A stretch of 64,000 nt of DNA from Heptranchias perlo (taxonomy: Eukaryota): the NCBI RefSeq assembly GCF_035084215.1, contig NC_090363.1, forward strand, positions 12,214,001-12,278,000, read 5' to 3'. Each line of letters begins with the position of its first letter. Within the stretch, counting starts at the first letter, position 1. This document shows, piece after piece, positions 28,701-37,799 of the stretch. The translations under genes were made by a program, and so were the position numbers. Under the pieces are notes generated by a model. It made no database searches. It was not told the DNA's origin and was given only the letters and a program-made list of their open reading frames with translations.

Positions 28701-31700
28701 AATGGTGCTGGGATGAGGGATTTTAGTTTTGTGAAGAGACTGGAGATGGTGTGTTGTTCTCCTTAGGGTGGAGTAACTTAAGAGGAGATTTAATAGATTA
28801 TGATGGGATTTGATCGTGTAGATGAGGGGAAACCTTTTAGTAATATGATATAGTATTATGGTAGGTACAGCACAGGAGGAGCCCACTCCTCATTGTGCCT
28901 GTGATGGCACTTTGAAAGAGCTATCCAATTAGTCCAGTTCCCCTGTACTTTCCCCATAGCCATGTAAATTTTTTCCCTTCAAGTATTTATCCAATTCCCT
29001 TTTGAAAGTTATGATTGATTCTGCTTCCACCACCCTTTCAGGCAGCGCATTCCAGATCATTACAACTCGCTGCGTAAAAAAATATTTCCTCATGTTGCCT
29101 CTGGCTCTTTTGCCGATCACCTTAAATCTGCGTCCTCTGGTTACTGACCCTTCTGCCACTGGAAACAGTTTCTCCTTATTTACTCTATCAAAGCAGTTCA
29201 GAACACCGCTATCAAATCTCCCCTTAATCTTCTCTGTTCTAAGAAGAACAACCCCAGCTTCTCCAGTCTCTCCACATAACTGAAGTCCCTCATGCCTGGC
29301 ATCATTCTTATAAATCTCTTCTGCACCCTCTCTAAGGCTTTGACATCCTTCCTAAGGTGTGATGCCCAGAATTGAACAAAATACTCCAGCTGAGGCTTAA
29401 CCCATGTTTTATAAAGGTTTAGCATAACTTCCTTGCTTTTGTACTCTATGCCTCTGTTAATATGCTTTTTTAACAGCCTTCTCAACTTGTCCTGCCACTT
29501 CAAAGATTTGAGTATGTGCACCCCTAGGTCTCTCTGTTCCTGCACCCCCTTTAAAGTTGTACCATTTAGTTTATATTGCCTCTCCTCATTCTTCTTACCA
29601 AAATGCATCACTTCACACTTCTCTGGGTTACATTTCATCTGCCGTGTGTCTGCCCGTTTCACCAGTGTGTCTATGTTCTCCTGAAGTTTGTTACTATCCT
29701 CCACATTGTTTATTACATTTCCGAGTTTCGTGTCATCTGCAAACTTTGAAATTATACCCTGTATACCCAAGTCGAGGTCATTAATATATATGAAAAAGAG
29801 CAGTGCTCCGAATACTGACCCTGGGGAACACCACTGTATACTTCCCTCCAGTCTGAAAAGCAACCGTTCACCATTACTGTCTGCTTTCTGTCCCCGAGTC
29901 AATTTTGTATCCACGATGTTACTGTCCATTTAATCCCATGGGGTTTAATTTTGTTAATAATTCTATTATGTGGTACTTTATCAAATGCTTCTTGAAAGTC
30001 CCTATACAAAACATCAACCGCACTATCCTCATCAACCCTCTTCGTTACTTCATCAAATAACTCAAACAAGTTAGTCAAATACGATTTTCCTTTAACAAAT
30101 TCATTTATTACCCCATATTTTTCCAAATGGCAATTAATTTTGTCCCGGATTATTTTCTCTAAAAGTTTCCCCAGCACCGATATTAGGCTGACTGGCCTAA
30201 CTGCTCGGTTCATCCCTTTCCCCTTTTTTGAACAGGGGTGTAACATTTGCAATCCTAAAGTCCTCCAACACCATCCCCATATCTAAGGAGGATTGGAAGA
30301 TTGTGGCCAGAGCCTCCGCAATTTCCATCCTAACTTCTCTCAGTAACCCAGGATGTATCTCATCTGGACAGGGTGACTTTTCTACTTTGAGTAATCTTTT
30401 ACCTATCTCCTCTTTATCTATTTTTTATCCGAACCAATATCACAGCTACGTCTTCCATTGCTTCCTCTGGCAGGAGGATCGGTAATCAGAAGACTCAAAT
30501 TTAAGATAATTGGCAAAAGAATCAGAGGGATGATGAGGATAATTTTTTTTTACACGGAGAGTTGTTATGATCTGGAATGTTCTGCCTGAAAGGGTGGTGG
30601 AAGCAGCTTCATCATTAACTTTCAAAAGGGAATTGGATTTTTACTTGAAAAGGAAAAGTTTGCAGGGCTATGGGGAAAGAGCAGGGGAGTGGGACGAATT
30701 GGATAGCTCTTCCAAAGAGCCAGTACAGGCACAATGAGCCAAATGCTATGATTGGTTATACATTGATTCCTACTGAATTGAACGAGGTAAGCTAGCTTTA
30801 TTGCATTCTACCTACTAAAATACCACACAAAATGCCTGTTAAAATCTAGCTTAGCGTTTAATTCTTGCTGCCATGTGAATGTAAACGTGATAGCTCTTAT
30901 TTATATATTTAGCTTTCTCTCAGCAACTGTAAGAATAATATGGAGTTCAGTCAATGTTTCCTAAAAACGTTGCCTTTGCAAAGTGCCACGAGATAATGTA
31001 TCCATGACATTAAAGGGTGTTCATTTTCAATCACTATGTTCTTTTTAATGTCGGTTCGTAGCAAGGTTTTCATAGCAACAACAACAACAACAACTTACAT
31101 TTATATAGCACCTTTAATATAGTAAAACATCCCAAGGCGTTTCACAGGAACGATTATCAAACAAAATTTGACATTGAGTTACATAAGGAGATATTGGGAG
31201 GAGTGACTAAAAGCTTGGTCAAAGAGGTAGGTTTTATGGAGCGTCTTAAAGGAGGAGAGAGAGTAGAGCTGCCGAGAGTTTTAGGGAGGGAATTCCAAAG
31301 CTTAGGGTCTAGATAGCTGAAGACACGGCCGCCAATGGTGGAATGATGAAAATCGGGAATGCGCAAGAGGCAAGAATTATTTGACCAACAGATGAAAGGC
31401 ATAGACCTCCGATTTCTATCTGAACATAGTCAGTGCCAATCCATTTGGCACGAGTTCCACTCGCCATTTTGATATTATTATATTAATGTAAACATTGAAA
31501 GGTGTAAATTATAGCAGCACTCACCAACCTCGTTGGGCGTGTATATTGGTTTGTCAGTCTGAATGAATATATAACCCTTTTTCGACGAGAGCAGGACGGG
31601 AACCATTTTTCTTTCTGGAAATAGTTCGTTGCATTCAGCAACAAGAGAGATGTATTTATCCTTACGTAACCAAATATGAGCATGCTTGATACGGTCAGGG

Positions 31701-34700
31701 AGAGCCTGTGGGTTTGATACCGTGGAGGTCAGCAGTGCTAAAACTGGTTAGTTTGCTTACATAGTTCATTGAGTCACATCATGGCCTCGTTCCAGTGTGA
31801 CATAATTAACATTGCAAGAATTATGGCGAACACCGTTCTTAATAGGAAAATCGGCCTGTAACTTGTGGCGAGGAAGAGATACCCCCATGAGTTGCGAATC
31901 ACGACATGTTGCTGGCCGGTTTGCACCTCTCCCCCGTTAACTTCACGAAAACAGCTTCTCGCCCTCAACCTCCCCGTGATTTTCACGATGTTGCTGCATT
32001 TGCACATTAATTGCCCATTAAGCTCGTCACAGGTTGTTCACGTGACCTTATTATCTGCCTTTTCATGGCCACGTCCACTCAGTTCAATATCACAATTTGG
32101 AGTGCACAATGACTCTTATATGTAAGATAAACGCGGTTCTACTGCGTGTTAAATCCTCAGCATATGCTGCTTAATTTCTATTCATTGATATTATCCAGTA
32201 TTAATTTTAAGTTCCAATTGGGAAGTAGTCATTGTAAAATATTGGTCAGTCAATAGTTATAGAAATGAACAATGAATTATTTCCTGGGCCAACACTATTT
32301 ATCTTAATTGTGAAATTAGCCCCCACCGCATTTAGAATATATGCCTCATATTCTTCAATACTTACAATGATAGCTTTAGGCAGCAAATAAAAGTTGATGC
32401 ATTATGAATTAATTCGCATTTATTACGGCTGCAAATTAATTTGGCAGCGAGAATTATATCCATTTAATTTAGAGAATAATAGTGTAAAACAGTTAGAACA
32501 TAGCTGATGGTGCTGCTCAATGCAACACAACATACATTATTTTGGTAACTCAAGAATCCTATAGACAATGGTTCTCAACACTGATATGAAAGGGACTCCG
32601 AAGGGATCAAGCTTTCCAACACAAATAACTAATTTCCACTGATTGATTTCGCACTAGCGTACGAATGGTTAATATATGAGGATAGAGTAACATGGCTTAT
32701 TAACGAACTCGGAGTTTACAATGAAACTGAAGTGTGCACTTCAATAAAAGGTTAAACTACAATAAAATAGCAGATTTCTTTACACTTCACTTTAAAACAT
32801 TGATCACGTTGGTAGTACTTACAATTATATCTTTTATTTGATGATAATTATTAGCTGCGTTTAGTTCAAACACAACTTTCTGTGAACACTCTGTGCGCGT
32901 TATCATATCTGATAAATAAACTGTGACCACGACAGGATTTTTTGCTCCCTCCAGCTGAATGGCGACACTCTCTTTCACCCCAGCATGAATAATGTTGGGG
33001 GCAGTAATTAAGTAGCTAGGAAAAGGAAAGGTCAAAGCAGGTTTTAATCAATATACAACACAGAACTCTTTACAACAACAACAACTTGCATTTATATAGC
33101 GCGTTTAACGTAGTAAAACGTCGCAAAGTGCTTCAAAAGAGTGATTATCTAACAAAATTTGATAGATAGAAACATAGAAAATAGGAGCAGGAGTAGGCCA
33201 TTCGGCCCTTCGAGCCTGTTCCGCAATTCAATATGATCATGGCTGATCCTCTATCTCAATACCATATTCCCCCTCTCTTCCCCATACCCCTTGATGCCTT
33301 TTGTGCCTAGAAATCTATCTAGCTCCTTCTTAAATGTATTCAGTGACTTGGCCTCCACTGCCTTCTGTGGTAGAGAATTCCACAGGTTCACCATCCTCCG
33401 AGTGAAGAAATTTCTTCTCATCTCAGTCCTAAATGTCCTACCCCGTATCCTGAGACTGCAGCCCCTCATTCTGGACCTAGCCAGGGGAAACATCCTCCCT
33501 GCATCTAGTCTGTCTAGCCCTGTCTGAATTTTATGTTTCAATGAGACCCCCTCTCATTCTTCTAAATTCGAGTGAATACAGACCAAGTCGACCCAATCTC
33601 TCCTCATACGACATTCCTGCCATCCCAGAAATCGTCTGGTGAACCTTTGCTGCACTCCTTGTATGGCAAGTATATCCTTTCTTAGGTAAGGAGACCAAAA
33701 CTGCACACAATACTCCAGGTGCGGTCGCACCAAGGTTCTGTATAACTGCAGTAAGACATCCTTGCTCCTGAACTCAAATCCTCTTGCAATGAAGGCCAAC
33801 ATACCATTGGCCTTCCTAACTGCTTGCTGCACCTGTATGTTTGCTTTGAGTGACTGGTGTACAAGGACACCCAGGTCTCTTTGCACATCAATGGAGCCAC
33901 ATAAGGAGATATTAGGACAGGTGACCAAAAGATTGGTCAAAGAGGTAGTTTTTAAGGAGCATTTTAAAAGGAGAGCGAGGTAGAAAGGATGAGAGGTTTG
34001 GGGAGGGAATTCCAGAGCTTAGGACCTAGGCAACTGAAGACATGGCCGCTAATGGTGCAGCGATTAAAATCGGAGTTACAGAAGAGGCCATAATTGGAAG
34101 GAGTGCAGAGATCTCGGAGGGTTGTAGGGCTGGAGGGGGTTACAGAGATAGGGAGGGGTGAGACCATGGAGAGATTTGATCAATAGGATGAGAATTTAAA
34201 AATCGAGGTGTTGCTGGACCGGGAGCCAATGTAGGTCAGGGAGTACAGGTGATGGATTTTAATGCAAAAGACACAGAGAATTATGGCGGTGAATGTCCGC
34301 AGGTGCTCTCCACATTGTCAGCCGTTTTCCAGGGTTTCCACAACACTTCCACCGAAGTTACAGTGGTCGATCGGGCGAATCCCCACAGAAATCTACCCCC
34401 TATATTCTTACAATGGTCTTTATGGGTGTGTGGAAATAAATGGGAAGAAGAGCGGACGAGTTGCCTCTCCCTCCCCTGTTTTCTAACGCTGCTCACCCTC
34501 CACTCTCTAACTGTGAGCCGAGAGTAGGTCACTGAATGTTCCCATTCATATTATTGCAAATGGTCCTCTATTGTTTGTTCCATAAATTGCAACTGTAAGG
34601 AACTATCGACTCCAACTTTCTTCTAAGTATTCATGAAAGATGCCAGGTAGTGAGTGGGTGGCTCAACCATTCATACATTGCAGTAACATAAGTCTTTGGT

Positions 34701-35676
34701 TAATCCCCTTTCTTGAGAATACCTGTCTGGACGCACTGCACAATGAAAATTTACTGATCAGCTGAGCTACTAACTGGCAATTGACAACATTTGGTGAAAT
34801 ATTTCGGGTGAACAGGATAAAGCGGCAAAAAGGTAATGGGGGTGATTTTAACCCCCAAAGAACAGGTGGGTTGGGGCGGGTGGGAGTTGAAAATAATTGT
34901 TTTTTGACGCGACAACAACCCAGCTTTATTTCCGGGTTTAACTTGGGCGCCTAAAAGTCCAGGCTTCCCACTGGGATTGCAAAGTCCGAAACCAATGGAC
35001 GCTGATCAGGGAAGGCCATCTCCCCTGAACACAGCAAGAGCCATATACACTAAACCTGGTGCTAAAATTCTAATGTAGCTGAGATCAGCTAAATCAGCAA
35101 AAGAAAGCCTTGCATTTATATAGCGCCCTCCACGACCTCAGCGCATCATAGCCAGCCAATTAAGTGCTTTTGAAGTGCAATCACTGTTGTAATGTGGGAA
35201 ACGCAGCAGCTGATTTGCGCACAGTAAGATCCCACAAACAGCAATGAGATAAATGACCAGATAATCTCTTTTAGTGATGTTCGTTGAGGGATAAATCTTG
35301 GCCAGTACACCCGGGAGAACTCCCCTGCTCTTCTTCAAAATTGTGCCGTGGGAAGGTTTACATCCACCTGAGATGGCAGAAGGGCCTCGGTTTAAAGTCT
35401 CACCTGAGACTCGAATGATCTGCACGGTGGAACAACCCACCGTCCTTTATTTATTGAAGAAGGCATACATTTGTAATTATACCTGTAGAGAAGCTCATTT
35501 AGCACCATTAAGAACGTTTGTAATGGTGAAAATTAATCCAGGTGAACGTTAATTTTTATACTGCGCCATTAGAAGCAGCGGTAAAGCATTCCCATTACAC
35601 TGTATACTCACGAAATTGATTGTTCGGCAGCAGGTATAACCACAGAGAACCATAGGAGGAACAGTAACTTTCCCAT
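4609..35676 (-). CDS. C4: Complement component C4 gene, coding exons 1-15 (signal peptide + beta chain, MG1-MG6/LNK); 3' part lies beyond the left window edge
   Basis: Fifteen GT-AG exons join in frame (65,193,181,71,86,83,88,106,130,116,144,198,195,150,127 nt = 1933 nt). C4-type motifs: CSQKVVFEL, GYIFIQTDKPIYTP, VRYRIFTLD, PGIWRIEAVFSD..QFEVKEFVLP, AYVRFG..RGLEQQ, GEMEELEL..FVSSPY.IDLSKT, VANSAWIDVKDVCEGK, VFEEMNSYDLGC. By recall these are closer to human C4 than to C3/C5. Confidence 0.92.
5920..6069 (-). CDS. C4: C4 exon 14 (ITIKDMPKEYTPGSTTKLWVETEDSGCVYIAVVDTAIYILNKKNKLTPNK)
   Basis: Acceptor tctccag, donor GTAAGT; 150 nt; VDTAIY.LN motif. Confidence 0.92.
7125..7488 (-). mobile_element. 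CR1 LINE 3' fragment
   Basis: MRRNFFTQRVVN..WNSLP; CR1 3' UTR and tail. Confidence 0.9.
9366..9560 (-). CDS. C4: C4 exon 13 (IISKGKVLQMDR...MVPTFRLVLYYY...VANSAWIDVKDVCEGK)
   Basis: Acceptor ttctgcag, donor GTAGG; 195 nt; contains the Cys equivalent to the beta-alpha interchain disulfide residue. Confidence 0.93.
9635..9825. repeat. Imperfect (TG)n/(TGTA/TGCA) microsatellite in C4 intron 12
   Basis: Alternating purine-pyrimidine tract; source of the spurious His/Thr- and Cys/Val-rich ORFs. Confidence 0.95.
9949..10146 (-). CDS. C4: C4 exon 12 (VTAGDGAPGREISEAKK...YQSKSESYLHL...VKYYNYL)
   Basis: Acceptor ctgtcag, donor GTTCGT; 198 nt; Y.S.S.SYL motif. Confidence 0.88.
10815..12605 (-). mobile_element. 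Two nested CR1 fragments (outer 10815-11360 resuming at ~12581; inner ~11361-12580)
   Basis: The outer element breaks at ...aagtactcca and resumes at tccagatgtggtctaacc; the inner element has its own tail and RT motifs (DFSKAFD, PQGSVLGP). Confidence 0.85.
12715..13160 (-). mobile_element. 3' fragment of a second LINE family (ORF end of the FKKAAHHHLLKGN type)
   Basis: gcccttgagaa.gtg.tggtgag..ttcttgaaccg.tgcagtcc motif, shared with 46420-46565 and related to 16150-16350 and 20580-21720. Confidence 0.7.
13984..14127 (-). CDS. C4: C4 exon 11 (VRVTYPDGVPASRVPVKLGKEQPLNTQENGYVLLTMQPPPRTNAFEIK)
   Basis: Acceptor tttgtag, donor GTAATA; 144 nt; PDG.PA..VPV motif of MG4. Confidence 0.9.
15103..15240 (-). 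mobile_element. CR1 3' UTR fragment
   Basis: (TTCCTATG)n tail plus ggagtaggccattcagcccc stem-loop. Confidence 0.8.
15500..15615 (-). CDS. C4: C4 exon 10 (SGEMEELELSGIKFVSSPYVIDLSKTSSYFIPKVSFDVL)
   Basis: Acceptor ccctatag, donor GTATGT; 116 nt. Confidence 0.92.
15645..15750. repeat. AT-rich (TTTAA/TTTAT)n pentamer repeat
   Basis: Direct inspection. Confidence 0.8.
16410..16539 (-). CDS. C4: C4 exon 9 (VKNGVVESVLATQKLLDKIKPLKSMNDLVGHHLYMAVTVFETS)
   Basis: Acceptor cttttag, donor GTAAGT; 130 nt. Confidence 0.9.
17228..17410 (+). repeat. Degenerate 16-17-bp tandem repeat (GGGGAGTATAATGGGY) inside a MITE arm
   Basis: About 11 diverged units. Confidence 0.8.
17799..17904 (-). CDS. C4: C4 exon 8 (HTYGQAVEGMAYVRFGIIDVSNKNTYLRGLEQQLQ)
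   Basis: Acceptor gttaaag, donor GTGAGT; 106 nt; YG..V.G.AYVRFG motif. Confidence 0.92.
18020..18980 (+). repeat. ~1-kb G/A-rich low-complexity satellite (GAGAGGATGGGGAGAG-type units) in C4 intron 7
   Basis: Strongly purine-biased strand with many G3+ runs. Confidence 0.95.
19465..19900 (+). mobile_element. CR1 LINE 3' fragment
   Basis: LGLFPLEQRRLR...TQRVVMTWNALP; ttctatga tail. Confidence 0.9.
20580..21720 (+). mobile_element. Old degraded LINE RT fragment with a CR1 3' UTR inserted at ~21402-21556 (minus)
   Basis: Decayed QFGF, G.PQG, INDL, ADDST, LQQDLD motifs. Confidence 0.65.
21930..22017 (-). CDS. C4: C4 exon 7 (VLPSFKVEVKAEEMFYLITRDEFKFKILA)
   Basis: Acceptor tttcaaag, donor GTGAGT; 88 nt; VLPxF motif. 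Confidence 0.9.
22178..22362. mobile_element. Palindromic MITE-like element (~180 bp; termini GGGGTAATTTTAAC...GTTAAAATTACCCC); related copies at 1-77, ~5010-5171, ~6180-6366, 7491-7704, 16975-17463, 22885-23061, ~24260-25021, ~25030-25213, 37418-37575, 43630-43778, 63834-63981
   Basis: Terminal inverted repeats, internal inverted arms and a central TTCCATTG..CAATGGAA hairpin; no ORF. Confidence 0.75.
22363..22715 (-). mobile_element. CR1 3' fragment inserted into a MITE terminal repeat
   Basis: FRKNFFTQRVVRMW; flanked by the duplicated octamer AAAATTAC (22355-22362, 22738-22745). Confidence 0.85.
24016..24098 (-). CDS. C4: C4 exon 6 (PGIWRIEAVFSDSPMSMVSAQFEVKEF)
   Basis: Acceptor ttggacag, donor GTAAC; 83 nt. 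Confidence 0.92.
24296..24975 (+). repeat. 29-bp minisatellite (GAGGAGTATAACAGGCAGCAGACATGATA) x ~23 in C4 intron 5
   Basis: Highly homogeneous units with a few variant positions. Confidence 0.97.
25973..26058 (-). CDS. C4: C4 exon 5 (NSRNVQFPSLALESNKVINRHIKIPDIAE)
   Basis: Acceptor ccactag, donor GTGAGT; 86 nt; ends in IPDI.E as in C4. Confidence 0.88.
26178..26745 (-). mobile_element. CR1 LINE 3' fragment
   Basis: VRPQLEYCFQFW...LEPRRLRG. Confidence 0.9.
27044..27530 (-). mobile_element. CR1 LINE 3' fragment
   Basis: (TTCTATGA)3 tail; intact C-terminal ORF2 fragment. Confidence 0.9.
27834..27904 (-). CDS. C4: C4 exon 4 (VRYRIFTLDHYMRPVSENIKITIY)
   Basis: Acceptor tgtgcag, donor GTGAGT; 71 nt; phase 1 to phase 0. 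Confidence 0.9.
28315..30750. mobile_element. Plus-strand CR1 (28315-28835, resuming ~30460-30750) interrupted by a minus-strand CR1 (~28860-30440)
   Basis: RT and C-terminal motifs on both strands; the plus element continues collinearly after the insertion. Confidence 0.85.
31076..31380 (-). mobile_element. L2-type LINE 3' end
   Basis: (TTG)n tail, atttatatagc motif, GGRVFS..PKLWNSLP. Confidence 0.75.
31525..31705 (-). CDS. C4: C4 exon 3 (ALPDRIKHAHIW...SSKKGYIFIQTDKPIYTPNEV)
   Basis: Acceptor cacag, donor GTGAGT; 181 nt; hallmark FIQTDKPIY motif of the thioester-protein family. Confidence 0.92.
32823..33015 (-). CDS. C4: C4 exon 2 (YLITAPNIIHAGVKESVAIQLEG...ECSQKVVFELNAANNYHQIKDII)
   Basis: Acceptor ttttcctag, donor GTAAGT; 193 nt; MG1 start typical of C3/C4/C5. 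Confidence 0.92.
33072..34250 (-). mobile_element. L2-type 3' fragment with a nested CR1 fragment (~33165-33891)
   Basis: L2 tail at 33072; L2 sequence resumes at gagccacataagg (~33894); inner RPHLEYCVQFWSP. Confidence 0.85.
35100..35410 (-). mobile_element. Deu-domain SINE (SacSINE1/AmnSINE1-like), C4 intron 1
   Basis: Recognised from recall of the Deu core (gtcactgttgtaatg...gatcccacaaacagcaatg...gttgagggataaat...ctcccctgctcttc) and an L2-like tail. Confidence 0.7.
35612..35676 (-). CDS. C4: C4 exon 1 (signal peptide MGKLLFLLWFSVVIPAAEQSI-S)
   Basis: ATG at 35676, hydrophobic leader, donor GTGAGT at 35611; 65 nt, phase 2, fits exon 2. Confidence 0.85.
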
Positions 35677-35749
35677 TCTTGGAATGTACGCCCTACTCTC
35701 TGTTGGTAAAATAGTTTGATAGCTGATCTTTCCCTGTCAACCTGACTGT

Positions 35750-35885
35750 GCTGGGGAGCAATCTTCCGCAACTTTTTGTAGATATATTCGGTAAACAATA
35801 TTGATTTGAAGTTACTTATTGACGTTGCCGCATATTTCAGCGGCAGTACTTGAGCAAAGCCAATTGTCCATTTTTCCCAGACGTT
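35750..35885 (-). promoter_or_regulatory. Putative liver-type proximal promoter motifs of C4
   Basis: About 90-200 bp upstream of the ATG: C/EBP-like TTGCGGAAG (~35763-35771), FOXA-like TGTTTAC (35791-35797) adjoining ONECUT-like TATTGATT, and CTGGGAA (35874-35880). Short motifs only. Confidence 0.3.
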
Positions 35886-36029
35886 CTTTCTCCTTCCCTG
35901 TCCTAAATGCGGAGCAGTATCACCGCGATTGACGTGGATCTTGCGCCAAAGTTGCGGCAGATAATTGAGAGAAGCCCCTTCAGAAATTCAACCCATAACT
36001 GTCATTATTTCAGACTGTTTACGTCTGTT

Positions 36030-36240
36030 CCTCCTCATTGTCCTGGTTAATGATTCATCTCTCAACCAACACCAGCAAAACAGATTAGCTGGTCATTGAT
36101 CTGATTGCTGTTGATGGGATCTTGCTGTGCGCAAATTGACGGCCGCATTTCTCTACATTACATCAGTGACTCGACTTCAGAAGTACTTAATTGCTTTGTG
36201 GCATGCTATGAAACGTCCTATATCAATGCAAGCTCTTTCG
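36030..36240 (+). mobile_element. Deu-domain SINE fragment upstream of C4
   Basis: Reverse-complement similarity to 35100-35320 (ctcaaccaacacc...gggatcttgctgtgcgcaaattg...). Confidence 0.7.
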
Positions 36241-37799
36241 TTCTCTGTATTGCTCGTTAAACCAACTCAACTGTTTACATGTCTCATTTGCACAGTAAGG
36301 CGCAGTCTTAACTTTAGTCCCCAGTCTTGCACGTCTAACATCTTTGTAGATAAGAAAGTGATCTTTTGATTGAAACTTAATGATAGTGATAATATACTTG
36401 AATTGTAATCATTTAAGCTGGGACTAATGATTAGGTCACAACTAGCAATGCAACGTTGCAGTTTCATTTCTGTTTTTGTAGCACAGAAAAGTGCAGTGAA
36501 CTTCCATGTTATGGCAATAACAGGGTGGGGGGACTGTTTCAATAGAGTATGAAGCAAGCATCGTATTATTTGCGAGTTCGAGGTGAAGTGGCGTTAATAA
36601 GTTACTTGGTATTTGCAGAAATGACATTATTCCATGCCAGTGTGTGGTAAATAATCAGCAGATAGCCGTCTCTTGAATCCTTGCAGATAATGTCAACAGA
36701 GAATTAGGCATTATTAGATTGTGGAATGCAAATGATCCAGTTATCACCGAATTAAAACACAAAACCATTGCATAAATAACCCAAAACATAAGATTGTACA
36801 TCTCAAACGTTTTTTTCCCTTTTACAATCTCATTATGAATTCGTGTCACTTAACTGGTCTGTTGCGATGTCCGAGAAGATTGAAAAAATGTATGATGCCA
36901 TGACCTGGCGTGAAACAGAAAACGTTATATAAAAAGATCATTATGGTCAGAGGTCAATCATGGATTAAAATGTGCAACGTCCCGCTGAACACAATGGCTC
37001 TCTGGTGCAGAGACGGAGAGAGGAATGCTTATGGAGGACCCCAGATTAGATTCGTATGGTAGAGATCTCCTAATGTTTGACTATCTCTGGAAACTAAAGG
37101 GTGTTTTTTCACTTTCGGGAACTGTACATTCCTAGTCAGTTGTTTCCCGTCCATGAACACGAGTTCCCAGAAAATAAGACTGAGCAGTTTCACAATATTT
37201 GCTGCCGACCTGCTCCTGGAGTGCAGGAGAGGAACATTTACCATTACTAAACAGATGGTAGGGGGGAATGACGGGATATAGTTACATGATCTGTGGGAAG
37301 AACTGGAGCGATAGCCAGCTTGATACCTCCTGCCCAGTCTGCAGCAGGAGATACCATGGACACAAACCAAAATCATTCAACTGATCCAAGGCGAAATGTC
37401 CTATTCAAGTACCGTGCGGGTAATTTTAATTTTGGGGGCTAGTGCAAAATAGGCGATGTCGAATTGGTCACATATATACCACGTCCGAATTTTCCTTCTA
37501 TTGACTTCAATTGAAATATTGGGCGACTAATTCGATAACGCCCATTTTATGCTATCGCCCAAAGTTAAAATCATCCTTTTGTTTGATGGCAGTTTTGTCC
37601 CCACACAATTACTGGTAGCACTCATTTACATTAGCTTCTTGAAATTAAGTTTTCAATATTAACGTATTAAATGTCTTTTTCGGGTTAATTCACGACAGTA
37701 ATTTTGTGTATGTGTGAGTCTGTGGCGAGGTGAGAGGTAGCACTTTCGGCTTTGCATTAACGATGAACTTTTCTGCTGTTATATGGTGCCCCCTGATGA

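Noticed and set aside
37029-37376. Candidate C4 first exon (MILVCVHGISCC...)
   Set aside because: Poor signal peptide. The exon at 35612-35676 has a proper leader, a consensus donor and the right phase.
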